Positions 47,632-55,645 of a stretch of 55,645 nt of DNA are shown one piece after another (the first letter of the stretch is position 1; every line of letters starts with the position of its first letter). The notes below the pieces were generated by a model. The model saw nothing but the letters and a program-made list of their open reading frames with translations. It was not told the DNA's origin and made no database searches. Location of the stretch: contig MNVZ01000026.1 in assembly GCA_001872315.1 (NCBI GenBank), positions 1 through 55,645 on the forward strand. Direction: 5' to 3'. The DNA comes from Candidatus Pacearchaeota archaeon CG1_02_39_14 (GTDB lineage Archaea > Nanobdellota > Nanobdellia > Pacearchaeales > GW2011-AR1). The position numbers were made by a program, and so were the translations under genes.

Positions 47632-48072
47632 ATGGAAAAGGGGAAGAGAAATCTTATAATTGCTCTTATTTTGGTTATTCTTGTTATCGCTGGTTTTTAT
47701 TACGCTTTTCTGCCAAAAGAATGCGGAGATTATGAATGCTTCAGGCAGAACATGGTTGAATGCAGGCCCGCGAAATATGTTAATGAAGAAAGAGAAGCCT
47801 CCTGGGGTTATGAGGTAATAGGAAAAAAGAGAGAACAGTGTGAAGTTGAGGTAAAACTGCTTCTTGCTAAAGAAGGAGAATTGAAGCTTCGCGAGTTTGA
47901 AGGAAATTCAATGAATTGCTTTTATCCTCTTGGTACTGCCGCATTTCCTGATGAAGATTTGAGTGCCTGCCATGGGAGATTGAAGGAAGATTTACAGCAA
48001 AGGATTATAGAAAAACTACATGAATACATCCTTGATAATTTAGGCGAGATAAGGGGAGAATTGGGGGTTTAA
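47632..48072 (+). CDS. Membrane-anchored Cys-containing hypothetical protein
   Basis: N-terminal TM, six Cys, CHG.LKE; TATA at ~47603. Confidence 0.75.
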   Translation: MEKGKRNLIIALILVILVIAGFYYAFLPKECGDYECFRQNMVECRPAKYVNEEREASWGYEVIGKKREQCEVEVKLLLAKEGELKLREFEGNSMNCFYPLGTAAFPDEDLSACHGRLKEDLQQRIIEKLHEYILDNLGEIRGELGV

Positions 48073-48107
48073 GGAAAGGTTTATAACTGGTCTGTATAAT
48101 TCTTGAA

Positions 48108-48434
48108 ATGGTTATCCTGAAAAGAGGAGATATGACTGAGTATGAGCTTCTTGCTTATGACGGCGCTAATTTCGCTCATAGTGAAAGAGATAGAACAGGC
48201 GCAAGGATAATTAGCCAGAATCCTTTCTTTTACAGATGGAATTTAGAGAATAACTTAGAGGTCCTGACTTTTGATGATCCTTCTGACCCTGAATCTGCTA
48301 AACTCTTTCATTTTTATCAAGAAGAGCTTGCTAAGGGAGAAGGGATTGACCTGGAAAAAAGAGATGCTCCGGTAAGAGGACAGGATGTTATAGAAGTATT
48401 GAGAAGATATTCTGCCTCCAGAAGAACTGGATAA
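48108..48434 (+). CDS. Hypothetical protein
   Basis: TATA at ~48080, normal codon usage. Confidence 0.65.
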   Translation: MVILKRGDMTEYELLAYDGANFAHSERDRTGARIISQNPFFYRWNLENNLEVLTFDDPSDPESAKLFHFYQEELAKGEGIDLEKRDAPVRGQDVIEVLRRYSASRRTG

Positions 48435-48464
48435 AGTTAAAAATTCAATTTTCCTTCTAATTAG

Positions 48465-49199
48465 ATGAAAAAAATAATCATTGTCTCTGGAGCTGCTGGT
48501 TCTCTTGGTGAAGAATATTTGAAATATTTTTCTGAAAGGGAAGGATTTCATTTAGTTGGATTATCCAGACGGGAGCCTGCAAAAAAAGTAAAAAATGTTG
48601 AATATGTTTATTTAGATTTACTTCATTCAAATGAACTTGACAAGAAAATGAGCAAATTAAATCTAAAGGAATTTGCAGAAATAATATTTATCCACCTTGT
48701 AGGTAAATTCAAGTTTGAAGACAAAGAAGGCAGTAAGAGATTAGATAAAAAAATTTATGATTCTAATGTAACCACTTTTGTCAATATGGCTAATATCTTT
48801 TCAAAACTTGTTGAAAGAAATAAGAAGGTTGTATTCTGTTGCTTTGGATCTGTAAGTGATAAATTTGATATTCCCTACTGGAAATCCTATACTCAATCCA
48901 AAAAAGAGCTTCGGAGAATTGTCAAAGATTTGTCTAAGAATAAGAATATCAGAAGTGTTTTTGTTAATGTTAGCACTGTTTTGACTGACAATGAAAACAA
49001 GCTCAGACCCTTTGCTGATAAGACATATTGGCTTAACCCAAAGAAGGTAGTTCAAAAGTCTATAAGGGAGATAATTTTTGGAAAATCTCAATTTATTGAA
49101 TTAGATGTTTTCGAGCCGCATCCCAGGTTTAAGCAAGACTACTATCTTAATCATAAAGCCCTTTATGATAAGTGGAAAAGGGAGATGAGTCGAGGATGA
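48465..49199 (+). CDS. Atypical SDR / Rossmann-fold oxidoreductase
   Basis: SGAAGSLG, GLSRR, YxxSK (YTQSK); AT-rich. Confidence 0.75.
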   Translation: MKKIIIVSGAAGSLGEEYLKYFSEREGFHLVGLSRREPAKKVKNVEYVYLDLLHSNELDKKMSKLNLKEFAEIIFIHLVGKFKFEDKEGSKRLDKKIYDSNVTTFVNMANIFSKLVERNKKVVFCCFGSVSDKFDIPYWKSYTQSKKELRRIVKDLSKNKNIRSVFVNVSTVLTDNENKLRPFADKTYWLNPKKVVQKSIREIIFGKSQFIELDVFEPHPRFKQDYYLNHKALYDKWKREMSRG

Positions 49200-49957
49200 T
49201 CAAATTCGGGCCTGCAGGGCTTGGGCCGGTTAAGGATGCTGAAGAAACGCTGGAAGAGTATCACAGGGCCGGATTGAAAGCATGCGAGATTGCATTCACT
49301 TATAGCATTTATATCAAAAAAAAGGAAGATGCAGAAAGGATTGGGAAGAAGGCAAAAGAGCTTGGAATTGAATTGAGCATCCATGCGCCTTACTGGGTTA
49401 ACCTTAATTCGCATGAAAAGGAAAAGAGGGAATCTACTAAGAAGAGGATACTGGGATGCTGTGAAGTCGCGCACTGGTTGAAAGCAAAGGCAGTAGTTTT
49501 TCATCCGGGTTATTATGGAAAGGACAAGGAAGGAGCTTATGAAAATATTAAGGAAGGAATTCTTGATATTGTGGATGAACTGAAGAAGAAAAAGTGGGAT
49601 GTTGACTTATGCCCTGAAACAATGGGAAAGATAAATGTATTTGGCAGCCTGGAGGAAATTTCCAGGTTAGTGAAAGATACTGGATGCTCTTTCTGCATTG
49701 ACTTTGCGCATATACTCGCCAGAGATAAGGAAGTTGATTATACCAGGATTCAAGAACTATTTCCAGGAAAAAGATGGCACTGCCATTTCTCGGGGATTGT
49801 TTATGGGGAAAAGGGAGAGAAGAATCATAAGAAGACTGAAAAGAAAGAATGGAAAGTTTTGCTTGAAAATCTCCCTAAAAACAAGGAAATAATAATAGTC
49901 AATGAAAGCCCTGATCCTATAAATGATTCCATAGAAGGCCTTGAATTATCTGGGTAG
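49196..49957 (+). CDS. nfo: Endonuclease IV (AP endonuclease 2)
   Basis: SIHAPY.VNL, VFHPG, PETMGK, DFAH, H.HFSG, ESP; ATGA overlap. Confidence 0.9.
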   Translation: MIKFGPAGLGPVKDAEETLEEYHRAGLKACEIAFTYSIYIKKKEDAERIGKKAKELGIELSIHAPYWVNLNSHEKEKRESTKKRILGCCEVAHWLKAKAVVFHPGYYGKDKEGAYENIKEGILDIVDELKKKKWDVDLCPETMGKINVFGSLEEISRLVKDTGCSFCIDFAHILARDKEVDYTRIQELFPGKRWHCHFSGIVYGEKGEKNHKKTEKKEWKVLLENLPKNKEIIIVNESPDPINDSIEGLELSG

Positions 49958-50191
49958 GCCATTGATTTCCCTTTGCCTGTCTATTTCAGAAAGTTTTGCT
50001 CTTGCAAGGCCGGGATTCATCTTGCAGACATTGAGTATACCAAGAATCTTCTTTATTATCTCTTCATAACTCTCTTTTGGGTACGTTCTAATGTTATCCA
50101 GCCTTGATTTTGTCTCCCTGTTCAGCTTGATAGTCGTTACGTTTTTCTCCTTTTTCTGCCTTTTCTTTCCCTGGGATTTTGCCGTCGCCAT
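49946..50191 (-). CDS. Ribbon-helix-helix-like small regulator
   Basis: TTIKL..ETK.RL......ESYEEII. Confidence 0.7.
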   Translation of the reverse strand: MATAKSQGKKRQKKEKNVTTIKLNRETKSRLDNIRTYPKESYEEIIKKILGILNVCKMNPGLARAKLSEIDRQREINGLPR

Positions 50192-50317
50192 TATAGGGTA
50201 TACCAGGGTATGGAGTTTATATATTTTATTGTATATTTGTTACTATATAATAGAGCAATATTGTTGTCACCATAAAGTTTATAAAGGACTTCTCGGTTCC
50301 ATTTGTAATTAAATAAA

Positions 50318-51544
50318 ATGGAAACCCAAATGATAGCTAAAACGATTTTAGCTTCCTTTGTCGCACTGTTTGCAATTGTTCTAGCAGTTGTCGTAATGCC
50401 AAGTGCTAGCGCTTTTGGAACAATTGACGGAGTTTACATTGACGGAGTTTTCTACGGTAACGGAGAAAATGCTGGTGTTTTCGCTGGAGAGACACTCCCT
50501 GTAAGAGTTGTTTTCACAGCTTCGGAAAACCAGGAAGACGTCAGAATTGTGGCAAGAATCTTTGGAGAAGCAGGGTTGTCTGAACAGACTGAAAGATTTG
50601 ATGTAGTTCAGGACAGCACATACAGAAAGCTTCTTAACATCGATCTGCCTTTCGACATAGATCCAAATGAAAGTTTCATCTTGGAAATAACTGTTGAAAG
50701 CAATTCTGAAGAAGCTGCATCTCAGCAGATAATGCTTGAGATTCAGAGAGATTCCTACCTCGTAGAGATTTTGTCAGTTGCAGGCGCTACAGAAGTAGCT
50801 GCTGGTGATACCTTGTCTTTGGACGTTGTTCTGAAGAACAGAGGAAGACACGAAGCAGAAGACACTTTTGTGGAAGCAAGTATTCCTGCACTTGGTGTCA
50901 CTTCCAGAACCTTCTACGGTGACTTGTCATCAGTAGATATAGATTCGGAAAGCACGCCTGAAAAGTTTGACTCTGCCGAAAGAAGAGTATTCCTTAGAAT
51001 ACCTTCCAACGCAGCAACAGGTGTATATGACATCGAGGTAACAGCCTTCAATGACGACTCCTCTACAACTGTCATAAAGAGAGTTGTGGTTGTTGGTGGT
51101 TTGAGGACTGACATCGTCAGTTCTGGAACTACTGAAAGAGTTGCCACTGGAGAGAAAGCTGATTTCTCCATGACAATTGTGAACTCTGGAAACACCATAA
51201 AAATCTACGAGTTGGTTGTAGATGCAGATGCAGGACTGAATGTTGGTCTTGCTGAATCTGTTGTGGTTGTTCCTGCAGGATCCGCAAAAACTGTGCAGAT
51301 CACAGCTGAATCATCTGAAGAAGGTGATTACGACTTTACTGTGAATGTGCATAGCGAAGGACAAGTAGTGCAGAGCAAGACATTTAATGCCATGGTTGAA
51401 GGAACAAGCATCTCCTCAGGAAATGCCGCTGTTGTCCTTACAATAATCCTGGCAATAATCTTTGTTGTCCTGCTTGTTGTGCTGATTGTGCTTTTGACAA
51501 GGAAGCCTGAAACGAAGGAAGAATTCGGAGAAAGTTACTACTAA
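50318..51544 (+). CDS. S-layer-like surface protein with C-terminal membrane anchor
   Basis: Signal peptide, acidic V/T/S-rich beta-sandwich domains, C-terminal TM and short tail. Confidence 0.75.
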   Translation: METQMIAKTILASFVALFAIVLAVVVMPSASAFGTIDGVYIDGVFYGNGENAGVFAGETLPVRVVFTASENQEDVRIVARIFGEAGLSEQTERFDVVQDSTYRKLLNIDLPFDIDPNESFILEITVESNSEEAASQQIMLEIQRDSYLVEILSVAGATEVAAGDTLSLDVVLKNRGRHEAEDTFVEASIPALGVTSRTFYGDLSSVDIDSESTPEKFDSAERRVFLRIPSNAATGVYDIEVTAFNDDSSTTVIKRVVVVGGLRTDIVSSGTTERVATGEKADFSMTIVNSGNTIKIYELVVDADAGLNVGLAESVVVVPAGSAKTVQITAESSEEGDYDFTVNVHSEGQVVQSKTFNAMVEGTSISSGNAAVVLTIILAIIFVVLLVVLIVLLTRKPETKEEFGESYY

Positions 51545-51621
51545 GTTTATTTTTCTCTTTTATTTTTTGTAGTACTTTCTTCTCTTTCCCTATTAATTTA
51601 TTATTAAGAAGGATTTGATAG

Positions 51622-51960
51622 ATGAGAAAAACATACAGATTTGCACAGGGTTTCATGCATGAATTCCCAATTAATGCTGCTATTCCTTTTATCATTCCAA
51701 CCGCTTTTTCCCAAATAAGTACTGAAGAAAGAGAAAATGCAAGAAGAACAGAGGAATATCTGGCGAAAGATGAATTAAGCAGCTACATTGCGGGGGGCAT
51801 AACAGGAACAATTGCTGGCGGACTCTGCGCCGTTGCATACAGCACTTTTGCTGTGGTTAAATCTGCAAGAAATCCGGATTTTTTGATAGAAGCAGGGGTG
51901 ATCCTGGCCGCAACAAATGTAGCTTCTTTTTTATATGAAATGTATAAGAAGAGACATTAA
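51622..51960 (+). CDS. Hypothetical membrane protein
   Basis: Hydrophobic segments; converges on smc. Confidence 0.6.
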   Translation: MRKTYRFAQGFMHEFPINAAIPFIIPTAFSQISTEERENARRTEEYLAKDELSSYIAGGITGTIAGGLCAVAYSTFAVVKSARNPDFLIEAGVILAATNVASFLYEMYKKRH

Positions 51961-54824
51961 TCCAGCTTCAGGCTCAAGACCTTTGAGATGCCTTCCTGCA
52001 TGCTGACTCCGTAAAGAACATTGGAATCTGTTATGATGGCATCGTTATGCGTGATTACGATATATTGGCCGTTCTTCATGTATTGCCTTAGGAGAGCTGA
52101 AAGGCGCTGTGAGTTCCTCTTATCCAGCGCGGCATCTATTTCGTCAAAGATGTAGAAGTGATATGGCTTGTATTCCTGGATTGCGAATAACAATGAAATG
52201 GCTACAAGAGTCTGCTCACCTCCTGATAAGGAAGTGATGTCAAAGTATTTTCCCTTTGCTAGTTTTATGACGATGTTAACACCTGCCACAAAAGGGTCTT
52301 CATTATTTTCCAGCTCCAGATAAGCTCTTCCTTTCGTGTATAATCTTGAGAAATTCTCTGAAAACAGGTCGCTTATAGAGATGAAGGTTTTCATGAATGT
52401 TTTTTTCTTCTTCCTGTCAATTTCGTCTATAATCTTCATGATTTCCGTCTTTTCAGACTCTATATGGTCTGCTTTTTCTTTGACCCTGTCATATTCTTCC
52501 TTAACCTGCTCATAGACCTCTAAGGCACGCATGTTTATTGAGCCTATCCTGTTCAGGGCATCCTGGGCCTTAACGAGCTTGTCTTCCAGAACCTGGATGC
52601 TTGCCTTGATTAATTCAGCCCCAACAAATTCCTTTAAGTCCATCTCAAGGGATTCTTTTTCGGCTTCTAGTCTTGCATCCCCAACTTTTAGATAATTAAT
52701 CTGCTCCTCTATCTGGCTGTGGGACGTCTGGACTTCAGACATAGAGTAGCTATCTTCCTTAATCTTATCCTGTATTGAGTCCCTTTCAGCAAACATTTTT
52801 TTGAACTTTTCAGATAGCTCTTTTTCTTCCCCTTCCTTGATTTCCAGAGAATTTTCTTTTTCTTCAAGACTTGATTCTATTTCATCTATTTCTTCTTGCA
52901 ATTCCTTTAAATCTGAAGTGCTCTGCTTGATAACATCTTTTATCTTTTCCAGTTCCCTCTCCTTAAACACGAGAGTGTGGTCCACGTTCTCTTCAGTCCT
53001 TGATGATATCTCTTCTATTTCCCTTAATTTATCCGAATATGCTTCTTCCAGCGATGAAAGGTTGAATGTCTTGCTTTCCAGCCCTGCCCTCTTTGATTCC
53101 AAATCCTTAAGCTCATTCTTAAGCAATTCCTGCTGGGCGAGAATCCTCTTAAGATACTCCTGCCTATCGCGTATTGCCTTGTGGCTCGCAATCTCTCTCT
53201 GGGCGTGGTGCAAATCTTCCTCGTATTTTGCAACCTGCTCCTCTTTCTTCTTTCTTTCATTGGAAAGGACTTCCAGTGCATTTTTAGCATTTTTTATTGA
53301 TTCTGCAGATTCAGAGATTATTTTGTCTGAATTAGAGAAGACATGATTCAGGTGCTCTTCTGTTATTTTTGTCTGGCAAAGAGGGCATAAATCAATGTCC
53401 CTTACTTTTCTCTTTGTTTCCTCGGCATTTTGAGCCTGGCTTTCTGAAATTGAAATTTTCTTTTCATTTTCAAGCTCTTTCCTTGAAATTTCTATTATGG
53501 CCTCTTTTGCCTTTTTTAGATTACCTGCCAGAGAATCAAGAGATTTGCTGCAATCTTCCTGAGATTTGTATCTTAATTCTGTCGAGAGCTCTTCAAGCTG
53601 CTTGAGAGTTGAATCCGATTCTGCATCTGCCCTTGCAAGCTGGTTTTGCTTGTCCTTCAGGATTTCTTTCAGAGAAGACAGCTGGGTCTTAAGAGTATAC
53701 TGGACTTTTCTCTGCTCCTGTATCTGCTCAAGCTCTTTCTTCTTCTTCTGCAGTTCTTCCTGCTTTTTTGCCATAAGAGGAGACTCTTTTCTTAGATTGC
53801 CTATTTCCTGCTGCAGTTCGGGGATGGATAGCTGCATTTGTTCTATCCTGTGCTCTATTTCCCCTTTCCTGTTTTCATAATTTTCTTTTCTTACACGCAG
53901 GCCTTCAAGCTCTGCCCTTAGATTTGAAATTGCGGTGTGCAGCGATTCCTGCTCAAGCCCTGTTGATTTCTGTATGTGCTTGTTTATCTCCTGAATCTTG
54001 CTGTTGTATCCCTCTATTTTTTCCTGCAAATCCTGAAGCTGGGATTTTATCTTGTTCTTCTGTTCTAATTTATTTGAAATTGAAGTCTTAAGCTGCTGCA
54101 ACTCCTTGTTTTTTTCATCCAGCCTTTTCTGGATAATTGAGGCCTTGCATCTCTTAACTGTTGATTCCAGCTCCTTGAACTTCAGCGCCTGCGCTCTTTC
54201 CCTTTCAAGATTGTTCATGAAAGAGGTCCTTTCTCTTAAGATGGTATTAACCTCTTTTAGTCTATCTTCTGTCTTTTCCAGCTCCTTGAGGGATTTTTCC
54301 TTCCTGCTTTCATAGATGGAAATTCCAGCAACTTCTTCTATGATTTTTCTTCTTTCTTCAGGGTGCGCTTTCACTAGTGCCTGTATGTTTCCCTGGAGAA
54401 TAATATTAAATCCGTGGGGATCTATTCCCGCCTGCGCTAAAGTTTCCAATACTTCCCCTCTTGTCCTTGTTTCCCCATTAATCTGATAGATGCTCTGCCC
54501 GTTCCTCCTTACTACTCTTTTCAATGAGACTTCTGGCAAGGGTATGGGAAAAGTGTTATTCTGGTTGTCAAGAACAAGTTCAACAAAGGCCTCCTTAGCT
54601 GGCTTGGATAATTTGGAGCCCATGAAGAGAAGGTTCTTTGCTTTTGAAGCACGCATTGATTTTGCAGATAATCTTCCGAGGACAAAACACAAGGCATCGG
54701 AGATGTTTGATTTTCCAGAACCATTCGGGCCGACTATCGTGTTTATCCCTGGGTCAAAACTTATCTCTGTCTTGGGGGCGAAGGACTTGAAGCCCTGCAT
54801 AACCATCCTTTTTACGTGGGTCAT
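51957..54824 (-). CDS. smc: SMC-family chromosome segregation ATPase with central zinc hook
   Basis: FKSF, GPNGSGKSN, Q-loop ILQG, LSGGEQ, FDEIDAALD, ITH; long coiled coils; CPLC at aa 480-483. Confidence 0.9.
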   Translation of the reverse strand: MTHVKRMVMQGFKSFAPKTEISFDPGINTIVGPNGSGKSNISDALCFVLGRLSAKSMRASKAKNLLFMGSKLSKPAKEAFVELVLDNQNNTFPIPLPEVSLKRVVRRNGQSIYQINGETRTRGEVLETLAQAGIDPHGFNIILQGNIQALVKAHPEERRKIIEEVAGISIYESRKEKSLKELEKTEDRLKEVNTILRERTSFMNNLERERAQALKFKELESTVKRCKASIIQKRLDEKNKELQQLKTSISNKLEQKNKIKSQLQDLQEKIEGYNSKIQEINKHIQKSTGLEQESLHTAISNLRAELEGLRVRKENYENRKGEIEHRIEQMQLSIPELQQEIGNLRKESPLMAKKQEELQKKKKELEQIQEQRKVQYTLKTQLSSLKEILKDKQNQLARADAESDSTLKQLEELSTELRYKSQEDCSKSLDSLAGNLKKAKEAIIEISRKELENEKKISISESQAQNAEETKRKVRDIDLCPLCQTKITEEHLNHVFSNSDKIISESAESIKNAKNALEVLSNERKKKEEQVAKYEEDLHHAQREIASHKAIRDRQEYLKRILAQQELLKNELKDLESKRAGLESKTFNLSSLEEAYSDKLREIEEISSRTEENVDHTLVFKERELEKIKDVIKQSTSDLKELQEEIDEIESSLEEKENSLEIKEGEEKELSEKFKKMFAERDSIQDKIKEDSYSMSEVQTSHSQIEEQINYLKVGDARLEAEKESLEMDLKEFVGAELIKASIQVLEDKLVKAQDALNRIGSINMRALEVYEQVKEEYDRVKEKADHIESEKTEIMKIIDEIDRKKKKTFMKTFISISDLFSENFSRLYTKGRAYLELENNEDPFVAGVNIVIKLAKGKYFDITSLSGGEQTLVAISLLFAIQEYKPYHFYIFDEIDAALDKRNSQRLSALLRQYMKNGQYIVITHNDAIITDSNVLYGVSMQEGISKVLSLKLD

Positions 54825-54871
54825 AGAAGCTTATATTCGCCAGGGATATATAAAATTATTGAGCATCGAGA

Positions 54872-55540
54872 TTAGAACTCGCTTAGTGTCTTCTGCTTTT
54901 TATCTTCCGGAAAAAGCGCTTTCCATGTCGCCCAGGATTTCCTAAAAATGCCTGAATCCTGTAGTTTTTTTCCGTATTCCTTGAGGAATTCTTTTGTCAC
55001 GGGATCTGATGGATAGCCAGAGCCTATGTTGCCGTATTGCTTCTTTATCTTTTCTACTTCTTCTTCTCTTCTCACTTTTGCAAGGATTGATGCTGCTGAA
55101 ACGACAGGATGATTGAAATCAGCCTTATGCTCGCAGTAAATATCCAGATTCTCCGGATTTTTTATGAATGTGAGAAGCTTGTTTTTCCAGGCGAGGGTAT
55201 TTACGGAAGGACAATCGACTACGACTTTAATTTTTTGCTTTTTGTTATTCAATGAATTAATTATTTCTGCTGATTTTATTGCTTCCAAGGTATTGAGATT
55301 TACAGTTGTTACAGCATCGTCTATGTCCTCCGGGGTTGAAAGCAGGACCTTATGGCTTATGGCTGTCTTCTCTATCTCTTTTGCCACTTTCATCCTCTGC
55401 GTATGTAAAAGGAGTTTGGAATCTTTTGCTCCAAGGGCCTTTAATTTATTTTCCTCTTTCTTTTCGATTAATACGCCTGCTAAAATCATCGGGCCTATTA
55501 ATGGGCCTCGACCTGCATCGTCTATGCCTAATAATAACAT
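54872..55540 (-). CDS. rnhB: Ribonuclease HII
   Basis: GIDDAGRGP, KDSK, HKAD, VSAASILAKV, GSGYPSDP, RKSW. Confidence 0.95.
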   Translation of the reverse strand: MLLLGIDDAGRGPLIGPMILAGVLIEKKEENKLKALGAKDSKLLLHTQRMKVAKEIEKTAISHKVLLSTPEDIDDAVTTVNLNTLEAIKSAEIINSLNNKKQKIKVVVDCPSVNTLAWKNKLLTFIKNPENLDIYCEHKADFNHPVVSAASILAKVRREEEVEKIKKQYGNIGSGYPSDPVTKEFLKEYGKKLQDSGIFRKSWATWKALFPEDKKQKTLSEF

Positions 55541-55645
55541 TCATAATTATAATTTATAAAGGATTTAAATCTGACGGCACATAATATTTTAAATATTGTA
55601 AACTGTCATTTGTATGAATAAATTTATTTTTATTGCTTTTATTAT

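Noticed and set aside
51957..54824. Calling the CxxC-containing ATPase Rad50/SbcC
   Set aside because: Walker B/D-loop and neck motifs are Smc-type, and no mre11/nurA/herA is adjacent
1..55645. CRISPR array, rRNA, recoded stop codons and the many antisense ORFs in the track
   Set aside because: No repeat-spacer array or rRNA seen; core genes are intact under the standard code; antisense ORFs are shadows of recognised genes

Overview
Core-genome segment of a small-genome DPANN archaeon, most likely Pacearchaeota. This is inferred from archaeal information-processing genes, a single fused and shortened RNA polymerase A subunit, unsplit RpoB, an EF-2 with an eroded diphthamide loop, and TATA boxes ~28-31 bp upstream of start codons (largely leaderless mRNAs). 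Housekeeping content: gltX, thrS, trpS, rpoH-rpoB-rpoA-L30e-nusA, rps12-rps7, EF-2, EF-1a, dnaG, nfo, rnhB, smc and tRNA-Lys(UUU). Bacterial-type modules: nrdR-nrdJ, pyrE-pyrF, adk, iscS, lemA/htpX and an HPr homolog. Also present are an IS200-type transposase, two toxin-antitoxin pairs and many surface proteins. Most notable: (1) a condensin-type SMC whose hinge appears replaced by a central Rad50-like CPLC zinc hook; (2) an accessory island with an N-terminally anchored T4-type lysozyme and a divergent ADP-ribosyltransferase-like gene; (3) an unannotated leader-peptide/alternative-hairpin/U-tract element resembling an attenuator; (4) tandem bacterial NrdR boxes behind an archaeal TATA box; (5) several unannotated microproteins. 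All family calls come from motif recognition by eye; no searches were run.
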